From Candidatus Acidiferrales bacterium (GTDB lineage Bacteria > Acidobacteriota > Terriglobia > Acidiferrales > UBA7541): a stretch of 64,000 nucleotides of DNA. The translations under genes were made by a program, and so were the position numbers. Shown piece after piece: positions 1 to 9,373 of the stretch (position 1 is its first letter; each line of letters begins with the position of its first letter). The notes beneath the pieces were generated by a model. It ran no database searches, was not told the origin of the DNA, and saw only the letters and a program-made list of their open reading frames with translations. The stretch spans positions 20,907 to 84,906 of the forward strand of contig CAVTYP010000014.1 of assembly GCA_963738985.1 (NCBI GenBank). The letters are read 5' to 3'.

Positions 1-1950
1 ACACCGACCAATACATTGACGGCGCGTTACCAATTTTTTCGCAGCACCGAGCAGAACGACGACATCGGAGGATTCGGGCTGGCGCAGGTGGCCGTGAACG
101 ACTACGACACTGAGAACACTGTGCAGGTGAGCGACACGCAAATCGTGAACGCGCACGTAATTAATGAAACTCGGTTTCAATACGTGAGAGAGCTGACACA
201 GACGGGACCTGTGAATTCCGACGTAAACGTAGATGTGCAGGGAGCTTTCAACGGGAACGGCAGCGGCGGGTTTAACGACACTGACGTGCAGAATCGCTAT
301 GAGCTGCAAAACATAACCTACATGAACTATGGCAAACACGCCTGGAAATTCGGCGGGCGTTTGCGAATCACGGACGACGCGAATTCCGCGACAACGAATT
401 TCAATGGCGCGTTTACGTTCGGAGCGCGACTGCAGCCGGGTTGCATTGTGACCGCGGTGAACAGTTGCGAGATTACTCCGATTGAGGCGTACCAGATCAC
501 CCAGCAAGGGCTTGCCAGCGGCTTGACGATTCCTGCGATTCAGGCGTTGGGCGGCGGCGCCAGCTATTATTCGCAAACCGCGGGGATACCCGAGCAGGAT
601 GTAAACCTGATTGATGCGGGATTATTTGTACAGGACGATTGGAAATTGCGGCAGAACCTGACGCTGAGTTACGGGCTGCGTTTCGAAACGCAAAGTGACT
701 TCAGTGATAAAGCGGATTTCGCGCCGCGTGTCGGCGTTGCCTGGGGTATCGGAGGAAGCGCGAAGAAAGCGCCGAAAATGATTCTACGGGCAGGTTTCGG
801 CTTGTTCTACGACCGGTTCACGGACCCCATGGTGTTGCAACAGGAGCGCTTGAACGGCATCAATCAACTGACCTATCAGGTACTGAATCCGCAGTTCTAT
901 CTGAGCGACATACCACCGGTAAGCCAGCTGCCTGCGTCCAACACCGCTCCAACGATTTATACGGTGAACAACAATCTGCACTCACCGTATACCATTCAGA
1001 CCGGGGTAACGCTGGAGCGGCAACTGACGAAATCCGCGAACATCGCCGTGACGTATCTGAATTCCCGCGGAGTTCACGTTTTCTATACAAACAACTTGAA
1101 CCCCGCCGATCCCGTTACCGGTGCGCGGCCCAATGGCATTAACGAGAACCTGTTTCAATACCAATCGGAAGGTACGTTCAAGCAGAACCAGTTGATCATC
1201 AATGGCAGCGTGCGTATGGGCACACGCCTTTCGGTGTTTGGTTATTACACCTTGAATTATGCGAACAGCGATGTTTTCGGAACCATGGAATTTCCTTCGA
1301 ATCCCTATGACCTGCAACAGGATTACGGCCGCGCGAGTTTCGACATACGTAATCGGGTGTTCCTGGGCGGCACGATTGGATTGCCGCACGGGTTTCGTCT
1401 GAGCCCGTTCATGGTTGCCAGTTCGGGCCCGCCGTTCAACATCACCACGGGCGCGGACCCCTACCAGGATTCGGTTTACAATACGCGGCCGGCCTTCGGA
1501 ACTTGCCCTCCGGACAAACTGACCACCTTCGGCTGCTTCAATTCCGTGCCTGGAGTTGGCTATTTGCCGATCCCACCTTTTTACGGAGAAGGAGCGTCAC
1601 GTTTCGCTTTGAATTTGCGATTCAGCAAAACATTTGGCTTTGGTCCGGTAATTGAACACTCATCCAGCGCGGCGCAAGGTGGCGGGATGGGCGGCGGCAC
1701 ATTCGGCCGTGGGCCGGGGCGGGGAGGACCCGGCGGTGGTCGCGGGATGGATGCGGGATCGACGAATCGGAAGTATGCATTGACGCTGGGAGTGAATGCG
1801 CGAAACGTATTCAACAACGTCAATCTGGGCATACCAATTGGGAATCTCAGTTCGCCGCAATTTGGCGAGGCCAACTCACTGGCAGGCGGACCGTACAATA
1901 ACAACACGGCGAACCGCAGGATCGATCTGCAGCTTTCGTTTGCGTTTTAG
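1..1950 (+). CDS. TonB-dependent outer-membrane receptor, C-terminal beta-barrel portion (5' end cut by window edge)
   Basis: The frame is open from nt 1. The long ORF has Gly/Asn/Tyr/Thr-rich beta-strand composition and motifs YGLRFE and GFGLFYDRF. It ends in ...LQLSFAF, a terminal aromatic residue typical of OM barrels. Confidence 0.8.
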   Translation, partial: TPTNTLTARYQFFRSTEQNDDIGGFGLAQVAVNDYDTENTVQVSDTQIVNAHVINETRFQYVRELTQTGPVNSDVNVDVQGAFNGNGSGGFNDTDVQNRYELQNITYMNYGKHAWKFGGRLRITDDANSATTNFNGAFTFGARLQPGCIVTAVNSCEITPIEAYQITQQGLASGLTIPAIQALGGGASYYSQTAGIPEQDVNLIDAGLFVQDDWKLRQNLTLSYGLRFETQSDFSDKADFAPRVGVAWGIGGSAKKAPKMILRAGFGLFYDRFTDPMVLQQERLNGINQLTYQVLNPQFYLSDIPPVSQLPASNTAPTIYTVNNNLHSPYTIQTGVTLERQLTKSANIAVTYLNSRGVHVFYTNNLNPADPVTGARPNGINENLFQYQSEGTFKQNQLIINGSVRMGTRLSVFGYYTLNYANSDVFGTMEFPSNPYDLQQDYGRASFDIRNRVFLGGTIGLPHGFRLSPFMVASSGPPFNITTGADPYQDSVYNTRPAFGTCPPDKLTTFGCFNSVPGVGYLPIPPFYGEGASRFALNLRFSKTFGFGPVIEHSSSAAQGGGMGGGTFGRGPGRGGPGGGRGMDAGSTNRKYALTLGVNARNVFNNVNLGIPIGNLSSPQFGEANSLAGGPYNNNTANRRIDLQLSFAF

Positions 1951-2017
1951 GGACTTGCCGTTAATCCTGAAGACGAGGCTTTCCCGAGCCCCTGTTATCG
2001 CTTAGCACTCAATCAGA

Positions 2018-2737
2018 CTAATGGTTCAAATCATGAGGCGCTTCGGCGGTCTTCAGGGCAGAAGCGCGCAAACTGTCGACGGTATTGAGAACCAGCATTT
2101 TGATTCGCGGATCGCGGGTGATGGAGAGATGATTCGCACCCTTTACCACCACGTTGGCGACAATCTTGGTGTGGACGGGATCTTCGGTTCGCAGATTCTT
2201 CGTGGTCATGAACATCAGGATGTCGCGCGCGTGAAAAATTGCGCCGGACTTTACATTCCGCGGCACGGTGTAATCGGTAAAGCCAACGCTGTCGATCTGG
2301 ATGGTCAGTTCGACGGGAATGTTTCTGTCGCGCAGTTCGCGGGCCACAGCGAGCATGGCCCAACCGCCGGTGCTGTGACCGACGAGAATGACGCTGGGCG
2401 CGGTGGATAGTTCTTCTGGAGTCAGAGGGCCGGGACGCGACGGAAAGTGCTTCAAGACCCAGCTGAGACCGGAATTCCAGTCAATGGGAATGAAGGATTC
2501 CGCGCAGACGTCGGAATATTCCGGGCCGCGCAGGATGTCGCGGATCTGGACGATGCCCGACCCTTTGCGACCTGCGGTCTCCAGGGCACCGACAAAACCA
2601 GCGTAAACAATTTTGCAAGGAGGGTTAGTTTCCTCAACTCGCGTGGAATTCGATGCAGATGCCGCCGGTTCGACTGCGAAATGGCGAGGGCGCGCATCAG
2701 CAAGGCATACGGTTGCGCTCAATAAAAGAGACACCAT
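2018..2737 (-). CDS. secreted alpha/beta-fold hydrolase (lipase/esterase-like)
   Basis: N-terminal signal-like MVSLLLSATVCLADA. Nucleophile elbow GxSxG in VILVGHSTGGW. 239 aa. Confidence 0.6.
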   Translation of the reverse strand: MVSLLLSATVCLADARPRHFAVEPAASASNSTRVEETNPPCKIVYAGFVGALETAGRKGSGIVQIRDILRGPEYSDVCAESFIPIDWNSGLSWVLKHFPSRPGPLTPEELSTAPSVILVGHSTGGWAMLAVARELRDRNIPVELTIQIDSVGFTDYTVPRNVKSGAIFHARDILMFMTTKNLRTEDPVHTKIVANVVVKGANHLSITRDPRIKMLVLNTVDSLRASALKTAEAPHDLNH

Positions 2738-3062
2738 GGCGATTCGCCAACCGTTGAAGCAACACTTCGAGCGGTTCGATTGAAGAATGAGGTAGCCCCT
2801 TTTTGAGTATGCTGACCGATTAACGGTGCGGAAAAGCTATAACAAACGGCTCTGACCGTCCACTGCAATGATAGCGCAAACCGCTGGAACGTGCCGGTCG
2901 ACGAAGGCCGAAAGTTCCAGGACTTTGCTAAGGCGCGCGAGTGGGCTAAGCTTTTTGTGCGTTCCTTCTTGGTGTTACTGGCTGCTGGTTGGTGGCATGA
3001 GGACCTACGGCCCTCATTGGAGATTCTGCGTGAGTCAAGATAAGCGAGATCGCGAATTGGGA

Positions 3063-4958
3063 ATGGATCGGGCCATCACGCGCCGGGATTTTCTGAACGG
3101 AGCGAGCGTTGCCATCGGAGCGTCCATGGTAGGCCCGGGGACGTTTTGGGCGGATGTGTTTGCGGGGGATGCGGCCTACGCGCCGGAGAAGGATCCCGGG
3201 TATTACCCGCCGGCGAAAACCGGAATGAGAGGAAGCCACGACGGATCGTGGGAAGTGGCGCATGCGATGCGGGATGGCAAGACATACGACAATCCCACGC
3301 GAGACGCGGATTCGTATGACTTGATTGTGGTGGGAGGCGGAATCAGCGGCCTATCTGCAGCCTATTTTTATCGCCAGCAGGCGGGACCAAACGCTCGCAT
3401 CCTGGTTCTGGACAATCACGACGATTTTGGAGGGCACGCCAAGCGGAACGAGTTCCAGAGCGACAAGCGGCTGATTATCGGATATGGGGGAACGCAGACC
3501 ATCACCGGCCCGAACCTGTACAGCTCGCAGGCAAAGCAGTTGTTCAAGGATTTGGGAATTGAAGTGAAAAAGTTCGAAAAGTATTACGACCAGAAGTTCT
3601 ATGAATCGAGAGGAATGGGCCAGGCGATTTTCTTCGACAAAGAAACGTTTGGAGAAGACCGCCTGGTGACGGGCGCGTACCAGACGCCCTGGCCGGAATT
3701 TCTGGCCAAGACGCCCCTTTCTCCCGCGGCGCAGAAGGATCTGGCGCGCCTGCATAGCGAAAAGGTGGACTACCTGGCCGGGATGAGTGCAGCGGAGAAG
3801 AAGGCATATCTCGCGAAGACCAGCTATCAGGATTACTTGCTGAAAAACGCGAAGATCACGCCGGATGCCATTCCGCTTATGTTCACGTCGATGTACGGGC
3901 TATATGGCGTGGGAATTGATGCGGTGCCGGCTGGGGATATGGCCGGTCTAGGCTACTTGCCGGGATTCGCGGGACTCGGAATTACGGACAAAGACGGGCC
4001 GGGAATGGGCCTGGAGGTTACTCGGCAAGATCATGAGCCGTACATTTACCATTTTCCGGACGGCATTGGATCCGTGCCGCGCCTGCTGGTGCGCGTCATG
4101 ATCCCCGCCGTTGCGACAGGAAACACGATGGAAGATGTGGTGACAGCGAAATTTGATTACGGGAAGCTGGACGACGATAGTTCACCGGTTCGTGTGCGAT
4201 TGAATTCCACGGTGGTCCATGCCGTGAATATCGGTGGCGCGGGCAATTCCAAGGGTGTGGAAGTGACGTATGTTCGCGGCGGCCAGGCGCGGCTGGTGCA
4301 GGGCAAGGCGTGCATTCTGGCCTGCTGGAACATGGTGATTCCGTACATGTGCCCGGAAATGCCCGAAGCGCAGAAGGACGGGCTTGCGTACAACGTGAAA
4401 GTGCCGCTGGTTTATACCAACGTGCAGCTAAAGAACTGGCAAGCGTTTCAGAAATTGCAAGTGCACAGCATCCATTGCCCCGGATCGTTTTTCTCGAGCG
4501 TGGACCTGGATTTTCCCGTGAGCATGGGCGATTACCGCTTCACGCAGCACCCCGATGAATCCTGCCTGGTGCACCTGCAGTACGTTCCGGTGGGCACCGG
4601 CGTGACAGCGCGCGACAAACAACGCGGCGGGCGAGGCCGATTGATGCGAACGAACTACGCCACGTTCGAAAGGAATGTACGCGAGCAGTTGGCGCGAGTG
4701 CTCAGCAGCGGGGGATTTGATCCGGCGAGCGACATTGAAGCGATTACCGTGAACCGCTGGCCGCACGGCTACGCCTACGAATACAATTCCTTGTTTGATC
4801 CAGTCTGGCCTCCGGGGCAGGCTCCGCATGAAATCGGCCGAAAGCCATTCGGTAATATTCACATCGCGAATTCCGATGCGGGCGCCTTCGCATATACAAA
4901 TGAGGCCATTGACCAGGGTTACCGCGCAGTGCAAGAGATCACAGCAAAGAAGAGCTGA
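3063..4958 (+). CDS. Tat-exported NAD(P)/FAD-dependent oxidoreductase (possibly spermidine-dehydrogenase-like)
   Basis: The internal ATG at 3063 gives [23 protein letters not shown], a twin-arginine signal. Dinucleotide-binding fold [17 protein letters not shown]. The upstream extension to 2868 has no signal logic. Confidence 0.7.
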   Translation: MDRAITRRDFLNGASVAIGASMVGPGTFWADVFAGDAAYAPEKDPGYYPPAKTGMRGSHDGSWEVAHAMRDGKTYDNPTRDADSYDLIVVGGGISGLSAAYFYRQQAGPNARILVLDNHDDFGGHAKRNEFQSDKRLIIGYGGTQTITGPNLYSSQAKQLFKDLGIEVKKFEKYYDQKFYESRGMGQAIFFDKETFGEDRLVTGAYQTPWPEFLAKTPLSPAAQKDLARLHSEKVDYLAGMSAAEKKAYLAKTSYQDYLLKNAKITPDAIPLMFTSMYGLYGVGIDAVPAGDMAGLGYLPGFAGLGITDKDGPGMGLEVTRQDHEPYIYHFPDGIGSVPRLLVRVMIPAVATGNTMEDVVTAKFDYGKLDDDSSPVRVRLNSTVVHAVNIGGAGNSKGVEVTYVRGGQARLVQGKACILACWNMVIPYMCPEMPEAQKDGLAYNVKVPLVYTNVQLKNWQAFQKLQVHSIHCPGSFFSSVDLDFPVSMGDYRFTQHPDESCLVHLQYVPVGTGVTARDKQRGGRGRLMRTNYATFERNVREQLARVLSSGGFDPASDIEAITVNRWPHGYAYEYNSLFDPVWPPGQAPHEIGRKPFGNIHIANSDAGAFAYTNEAIDQGYRAVQEITAKKS

Positions 4959-4959
4959 G

Positions 4960-5115
4960 ATGAGCCGAGCGAAGAAAAAGAAACTGGATAAGGGAGTTGA
5001 GGCCCGAAGACGGGCGCGGAAGGCGGGGCTTGTCCCAGCAACGACGCGCGTTGTTCCGGACAAGCGGAAGAAGGCGGAGAAGCATAAGCGTGACCTGCTG
5101 CGCGAGGACGTTTAA
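4960..5115 (+). CDS. small (51 aa) Lys/Arg-rich hypothetical protein
   Basis: The ATG at 4960 lies 1 nt after the stop of the preceding gene. Sequence MSRAKKKKLDKGVEARRRARKAGLVPATTRVVPDKRKKAEKHKRDLLREDV. A strong terminator hairpin follows. No recognisable family. Confidence 0.35.
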   Translation: MSRAKKKKLDKGVEARRRARKAGLVPATTRVVPDKRKKAEKHKRDLLREDV

Positions 5116-5125
5116 GGTTCACTTC

Positions 5126-5207
5126 GTCATGTCGAGCGAAGTGAGGAATTTCTCTTCGACTGAGACCAGGAGAGATTCCTCACTCCGCAGACTCCGTTCG
5201 GAATGAC
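5126..5207. repeat. REP-like imperfect inverted repeat in intergenic DNA
   Basis: The left arm is gtcatgtcgagcgaagtgaggaatttctct (5126-5155). The right arm is agagattcctcactccgcagactccgttcggaatgac (5171-5207). The arms share GTCAT..CGA.CG...GTGAGGAAT in inverted orientation. Confidence 0.5.
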
Positions 5208-5251
5208 AGAGGGGTATTTCTTCGGCCCTGCAGGATGATGTTGAGTTGTTG

Positions 5252-5276
5252 TTAGGTCCGACCGGACCTAATTTTT
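5252..5276 (+). terminator. Rho-independent terminator
   Basis: Perfect palindrome ttaggtccg/cggacctaa (5252-5260 and 5263-5271) followed directly by ttttt (5272-5276). It lies downstream of the plus-strand genes ending at 4958 and 5115. Confidence 0.7.
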
Positions 5277-5282
5277 CGAGCC

Positions 5283-5825
5283 TCACCCGGGTTTGTAGTC
5301 GGGCACTACTTCATTCTGGCGGAACAGGGCCGCTGGCGTTATCGCGCGGTGCTGCGACAATTCGGTAGCAATCTTTTCCAGGTCACCCTTGCTGAAACCC
5401 ATGCACTGAACCTTGACACTGCCGTCCGGCGCAATAAGAAAAATAGTCGGGACATTCGTTAATCCATAAGCGTTCGATGCGGGATAGCCGTGCTCGTCGA
5501 TCAACGTGGGAAATTTAATGCCGTATTGTTGATTGAATTCCTTGGTATCGCGCGCATCGTCCTGCGAGACCCCGAGGAAAGAAACGCTGTCGCTGCCATA
5601 GCGCTCAAAAAGGCGCTGAAGAAAAGGAAAAGTGAACTGGCAAACCGGGCATGAGATTTTGAAGAAAGCCACAACGACCGGTCCCCGTTCCAGAAGAGGC
5701 GCGAGCGAATACTCCTTGCCGTCCAGGGCTTTCAGGGAAAAGCCGGGAGCGGATTGACCCACTTCAATCGTTGTCAAAGGTGCCTCCGAATTAATCCAGC
5801 GCGATAGCCTCTTCATCAAGGACAT
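5283..5825 (-). CDS. thioredoxin-fold thiol-disulfide oxidoreductase (AhpC/TSA / TlpA-like redoxin)
   Basis: CxxC active site in FFKISCPVCQFTFPF. Redoxin-like layout (APGFSLKALDGKEYSL ... VPTIFLIAPDG). Confidence 0.75.
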   Translation of the reverse strand: MSLMKRLSRWINSEAPLTTIEVGQSAPGFSLKALDGKEYSLAPLLERGPVVVAFFKISCPVCQFTFPFLQRLFERYGSDSVSFLGVSQDDARDTKEFNQQYGIKFPTLIDEHGYPASNAYGLTNVPTIFLIAPDGSVKVQCMGFSKGDLEKIATELSQHRAITPAALFRQNEVVPDYKPG

Positions 5826-5861
5826 GGATCTAGTTTATCGCAGGACGAGCGGCGCGGCGCG

Positions 5862-7139
5862 TTAGTGAATGGTCTTGGTTTTGCGCTGCATGTAATCCAT
5901 CAACAGATACTGGCCCAGGGTGTAAGGCGTGGTGAAGTAGGCCTTACCTTTGCACATCTGCGTAATCTTCTGGACGAATTGAACCAGGCTGTAATCGGTG
6001 GCGAGCATGAAGGTGTTGATCATGATGCCGGCGCGCTTGCACTTGTTTACTTCCTCCAGCGTTTCGCCGACCACGAAAGGGTCAAGACCGAAGGCATTTT
6101 TGTAGATGCGGCCATCATCGAGCGTTAAGGCGGACGGCTTGCCGTCCGTGATCATTACAATCTGGCGCATATCCTTGCGCTGGCGAAGAAGAATGCGTTG
6201 CGCCATGCGCAGGCCCTCGCGCGTGTTGGTGTAATACGGACCCACCTGCACGCGGGCCAGTTGGCCGAGCGGAACCTCTTCGGCGGAATCGTGAAATAGC
6301 ACCAGGCTGAGAGTGTCGCCAGGGTATTGCGTGCGGATGAGATGCGAGAGAGCCATGGCGACGCGCTTTGCGGGGGTGAAGCGATCTTCGCCATACAGAA
6401 TCATGCTGTGGCTGCAGTCGAGCAGCAGAACGGTGGCGCAGGAACTCTGGTATTCACACTGGTGGACCATCAGATCGCGATACTGCATGTCGATGGGCAC
6501 TTTGACGCCCTCGCGGCGAATGGCGTTTGAGAGCGTCTGGCTGATGTCGAGATTCAGCGTGTCGCCAAATTCATACGGCCGCGAAACGCCGCCAGACTCA
6601 ACACCGGTGGAAAGGTCACGCGTATCGTGGCGACCGAAGCTGCTGCGGCCCAGCGAGCCGAGTAGATCGCGAAGGGTTTTGAAGCCGAGGAAGTCGATGG
6701 CTTTATCGGTGATCTCGAAGCGCGCATCGGGATTGCGCTCCTGCGGATTACCCAACTGGCCGCCAGGCGTGTTTTGTGGTGGTGGAGTGATCTGCGGCGG
6801 TTGCTGGGGATTGATGAAGCCTTCCTGGGAGAGGCGTTCAACGAGCTTGTCGATGAGGTCGCGGACATCGCGACTATTCAAGGCGCCGGGATCCTGCAAC
6901 ATTTTGCGGAGTTCGTCGCTCATGGCGTCGTCGGGCAGCAGATCGCCTTCTTGCAGGGCGCGGAGAATGGCGTCGCGCAGGGCTTCCATCGATTGGTTGG
7001 AATCGAACTCAGATAGGCCGTAGTACTGCGATTCGAAGCCGCTCTGCAGAAAAAAATCGCCGAGGCGCTTCATCAGCTCGTCGAGGTCGACAACGTCGGC
7101 GGGCTCGCCCGTATATTTTCCGTATCTAACGACTTTCAT
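5862..7139 (-). CDS. von Willebrand factor type A (vWA) domain protein, partner of the upstream AAA+ ATPase
   Basis: C-terminal vWA with MIDAS DxSxS in VLLLDCSHSMILYGEDRF. Acidic and Pro/Gln-rich N-terminal half. The start lies 8 nt downstream of the ATPase stop. Confidence 0.75.
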   Translation of the reverse strand: MKVVRYGKYTGEPADVVDLDELMKRLGDFFLQSGFESQYYGLSEFDSNQSMEALRDAILRALQEGDLLPDDAMSDELRKMLQDPGALNSRDVRDLIDKLVERLSQEGFINPQQPPQITPPPQNTPGGQLGNPQERNPDARFEITDKAIDFLGFKTLRDLLGSLGRSSFGRHDTRDLSTGVESGGVSRPYEFGDTLNLDISQTLSNAIRREGVKVPIDMQYRDLMVHQCEYQSSCATVLLLDCSHSMILYGEDRFTPAKRVAMALSHLIRTQYPGDTLSLVLFHDSAEEVPLGQLARVQVGPYYTNTREGLRMAQRILLRQRKDMRQIVMITDGKPSALTLDDGRIYKNAFGLDPFVVGETLEEVNKCKRAGIMINTFMLATDYSLVQFVQKITQMCKGKAYFTTPYTLGQYLLMDYMQRKTKTIH

Positions 7140-7146
7140 GCGCGCC

Positions 7147-8655
7147 TCAATTGTAATTGCGCCGCGGCCGATTGGGCGATTCGCGTTGTTCCGGAGCGCG
7201 TTGCGGTTTCTCTGCGTAGAAGCCGCGCTCTTCGCTGCGGCCGATGCGGCGATGCGCCCACAAGCCTTCGAGAATCATCTCGGCAGCGGCGGCAGCCTGA
7301 GGCTCGTCTTTGCGGCTATGCACGCCGAGCTTGCCCACATGGTCCAGCAATCCCTGAATCCTGGCAAGCTGCTGGTACCGCTGGGGCGTGGAAATAATGT
7401 CTGGGATCTTCAGTTCGCCGCCGAGTTCAAACCATTGCGTGACCGGCTGGAAATTGACGTCGCCAAAGTGCTTGGTGAAGACGCGGCCAACCGCGGCGCG
7501 AATCAGTTCGCGAGCAATGGTTTCCGCACCCTTCAGCTCTCCTTCATATTCGAGTTCGAGCTTTCCGGTGATGGAAGGCAGAGCTGCGTAGAGATCCGCG
7601 ACGCGAGCGACGCCAAAAGATTCGCCGGTGCGTGCGGCGCGCTGTTCGGTGCTGCTGACAAGATTCTCGAGCGTGGTGATGGGCAGACGTTGGCTGACGC
7701 CGGAGCGCTTGTCGACGCGCTTGTCTTCGCGAGCCTGGAAAGCGATTTCCTCCACAACTTCGCGCAGGTAGTCAGGGACTTCAACCTTGATCGCGGAATC
7801 ACGCTGCGTCCAGGCTTCCTGCGTAGTGATGGTGATGCCTTCCTCGATGGAACTGGGATAGTGGGTGCGAATTTCCGCGCCGAGTCGATCCTTGAGCGGG
7901 GTGATGATTTTGCCGCGGGCGGTGTAATCCTCGGGATTGGCGGTGAAGACCAGCAAGACATCCAGAGGAAGTCGCAGCGGGTAACCTTTAATCTGAATGT
8001 CGCCTTCTTGCATGATGTTGAACAGTCCGACCTGGATCTTACCGGCGAGGTCAGGTAGTTCGTTAACGGCAAAAATACCGCGATTGGCGCGGGGCAGCAG
8101 GCCGTAGTGAATGGTCAACTCGTCGGAGAGGTCGCGTCCACCACGCGCAGCCCGAATCGGGTCAACGTCGCCAATAATGTCCGCGATGGTGACGTCGGGA
8201 GTAGCGAGTTTTTCCACGTAGCGCTGGTCGCGGGGAAGCCACGCGATGGGCGTGTTGTCGCCTTCAGCGGCCAGCCGTTCGCGGCACGCGCGGCAAATGG
8301 GCCGCAGCGGATGGTCATTGATCTCGCACCCTGCGATCACTGGAATTTCCGGATCCAGAAGCTGCATCAAGCCGCGCAGGATGCGGCTTTTGGCCTGACC
8401 GCGCAGCCCAAGCAGAATGAAATTGTGGCGCGACAGCAGGGCGTTTACGATCTGCGGAATGACGCTGTCGTCGTATCCATGCACGCCGGGAAATAGCGGC
8501 TGATTCCGTTCAATGCTGCACAGCAAATTGCGGCGAATTTCGTTTTTTACGGACAGCGCCGTGGTGCGCGCATCGAAATCAGGGATGCGTTTCCACTCGC
8601 CAAGCGTGCGTGGCTTGGGTTGTCCAGAGTGATGAAGGGAAGTACTCGCTGTCAT
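7147..8655 (-). CDS. ChlI/BchI-like AAA+ ATPase (Mg-chelatase subunit I family, non-chelatase context)
   Basis: P-loop-like ILLGLRGQAKSR. Walker-B-like GIFAVNELPDL. LLVFTANPEDY resembles sensor-1 of the ChlI family. 502 aa. Confidence 0.7.
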   Translation of the reverse strand: MTASTSLHHSGQPKPRTLGEWKRIPDFDARTTALSVKNEIRRNLLCSIERNQPLFPGVHGYDDSVIPQIVNALLSRHNFILLGLRGQAKSRILRGLMQLLDPEIPVIAGCEINDHPLRPICRACRERLAAEGDNTPIAWLPRDQRYVEKLATPDVTIADIIGDVDPIRAARGGRDLSDELTIHYGLLPRANRGIFAVNELPDLAGKIQVGLFNIMQEGDIQIKGYPLRLPLDVLLVFTANPEDYTARGKIITPLKDRLGAEIRTHYPSSIEEGITITTQEAWTQRDSAIKVEVPDYLREVVEEIAFQAREDKRVDKRSGVSQRLPITTLENLVSSTEQRAARTGESFGVARVADLYAALPSITGKLELEYEGELKGAETIARELIRAAVGRVFTKHFGDVNFQPVTQWFELGGELKIPDIISTPQRYQQLARIQGLLDHVGKLGVHSRKDEPQAAAAAEMILEGLWAHRRIGRSEERGFYAEKPQRAPEQRESPNRPRRNYN

Positions 8656-8698
8656 GGGGCCTCTATCCGCGAACCAAGTAAAGAAAGTTCGCCGAAGT

Positions 8699-9343
8699 TT
8701 AGTTTAAAGCTTGACCGTTGCCTTCGGCGCGATGTCGCAAGGTCTCTACTTTCTGTAGATGCGGCGCCCAGTCGCGAAGGTACGTCGAAAGCCGGTGCTG
8801 GCGTTCGGACTCGGTGCGAAGCTCCAAAAGTTGTTGCTTCCACAAGAGGTCCAAGGGAAGCGCCGATGCAATCGTGTAGGCGAGCTGGTCGGGCGGAGCG
8901 GCGTCGAAATCCTTGGGCATGCCGCTGAACAGCAAAGTATGGCAGGTCTCATAGAGTTCCACGAGCTGCTTGATGGATTGAGGCGCCGCAGCGGACTCGG
9001 TGTCTTCCAGATAGTCGACGTGGCCTTCGAGAAGGGGATCGTCGGAGAACAGTTCAACCACGCGAAAGGGATCGCGGCCAACGGTGACGATATCCATGCG
9101 GCCGTCGTCGTAACGTTTAATCACTTCCAGTATTTCCGCCGTACATCCCACGCGCACAATCCCGTCGGGAAGCGCCAGAAGCATTCCAAAGGGAGTTTTT
9201 GAATCCAAACATTCGCGTACCATTCGGCGGTAGCGCGGCTCGAAAATGTGCAGGGGAAGTTGTTCGCCGGGGAACAGCACGACGTTCAACGGAAAAAGTG
9301 GAATGCGATCTGGCTGCATGAGTCCCAGGCGGGATGATACCAA
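8699..9343 (-). CDS. LON N-terminal (substrate-binding) domain protein
   Basis: IPLFPLNVVLFPGEQLPLHIFEPRYRRMVRECL is the hallmark start of the LON substrate-binding domain. No ATPase or protease part is present. Confidence 0.75.
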   Translation of the reverse strand: MVSSRLGLMQPDRIPLFPLNVVLFPGEQLPLHIFEPRYRRMVRECLDSKTPFGMLLALPDGIVRVGCTAEILEVIKRYDDGRMDIVTVGRDPFRVVELFSDDPLLEGHVDYLEDTESAAAPQSIKQLVELYETCHTLLFSGMPKDFDAAPPDQLAYTIASALPLDLLWKQQLLELRTESERQHRLSTYLRDWAPHLQKVETLRHRAEGNGQALN

Positions 9344-9373
9344 AGTGTGCCGCTGGGAAGGAGCAGTTCCGCC

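Noticed and set aside
2868-3062. 65-codon upstream extension of the flavoprotein ORF
   Set aside because: The twin-arginine signal begins at the internal Met (3063). A Tat signal must be N-terminal, and the extension is Cys/Trp/Arg-rich and implausible.
7138-8058. 306-aa ORF antisense to the AAA+ ATPase gene (similar cases at 6313-7023, 34657-35454, 36749-37612, 39736-40521, 49587-50417, 52031-52945 and 53896-54825)
   Set aside because: Each lies opposite a CDS with strong family motifs and has biased composition. These are typical GC-rich antisense open frames.
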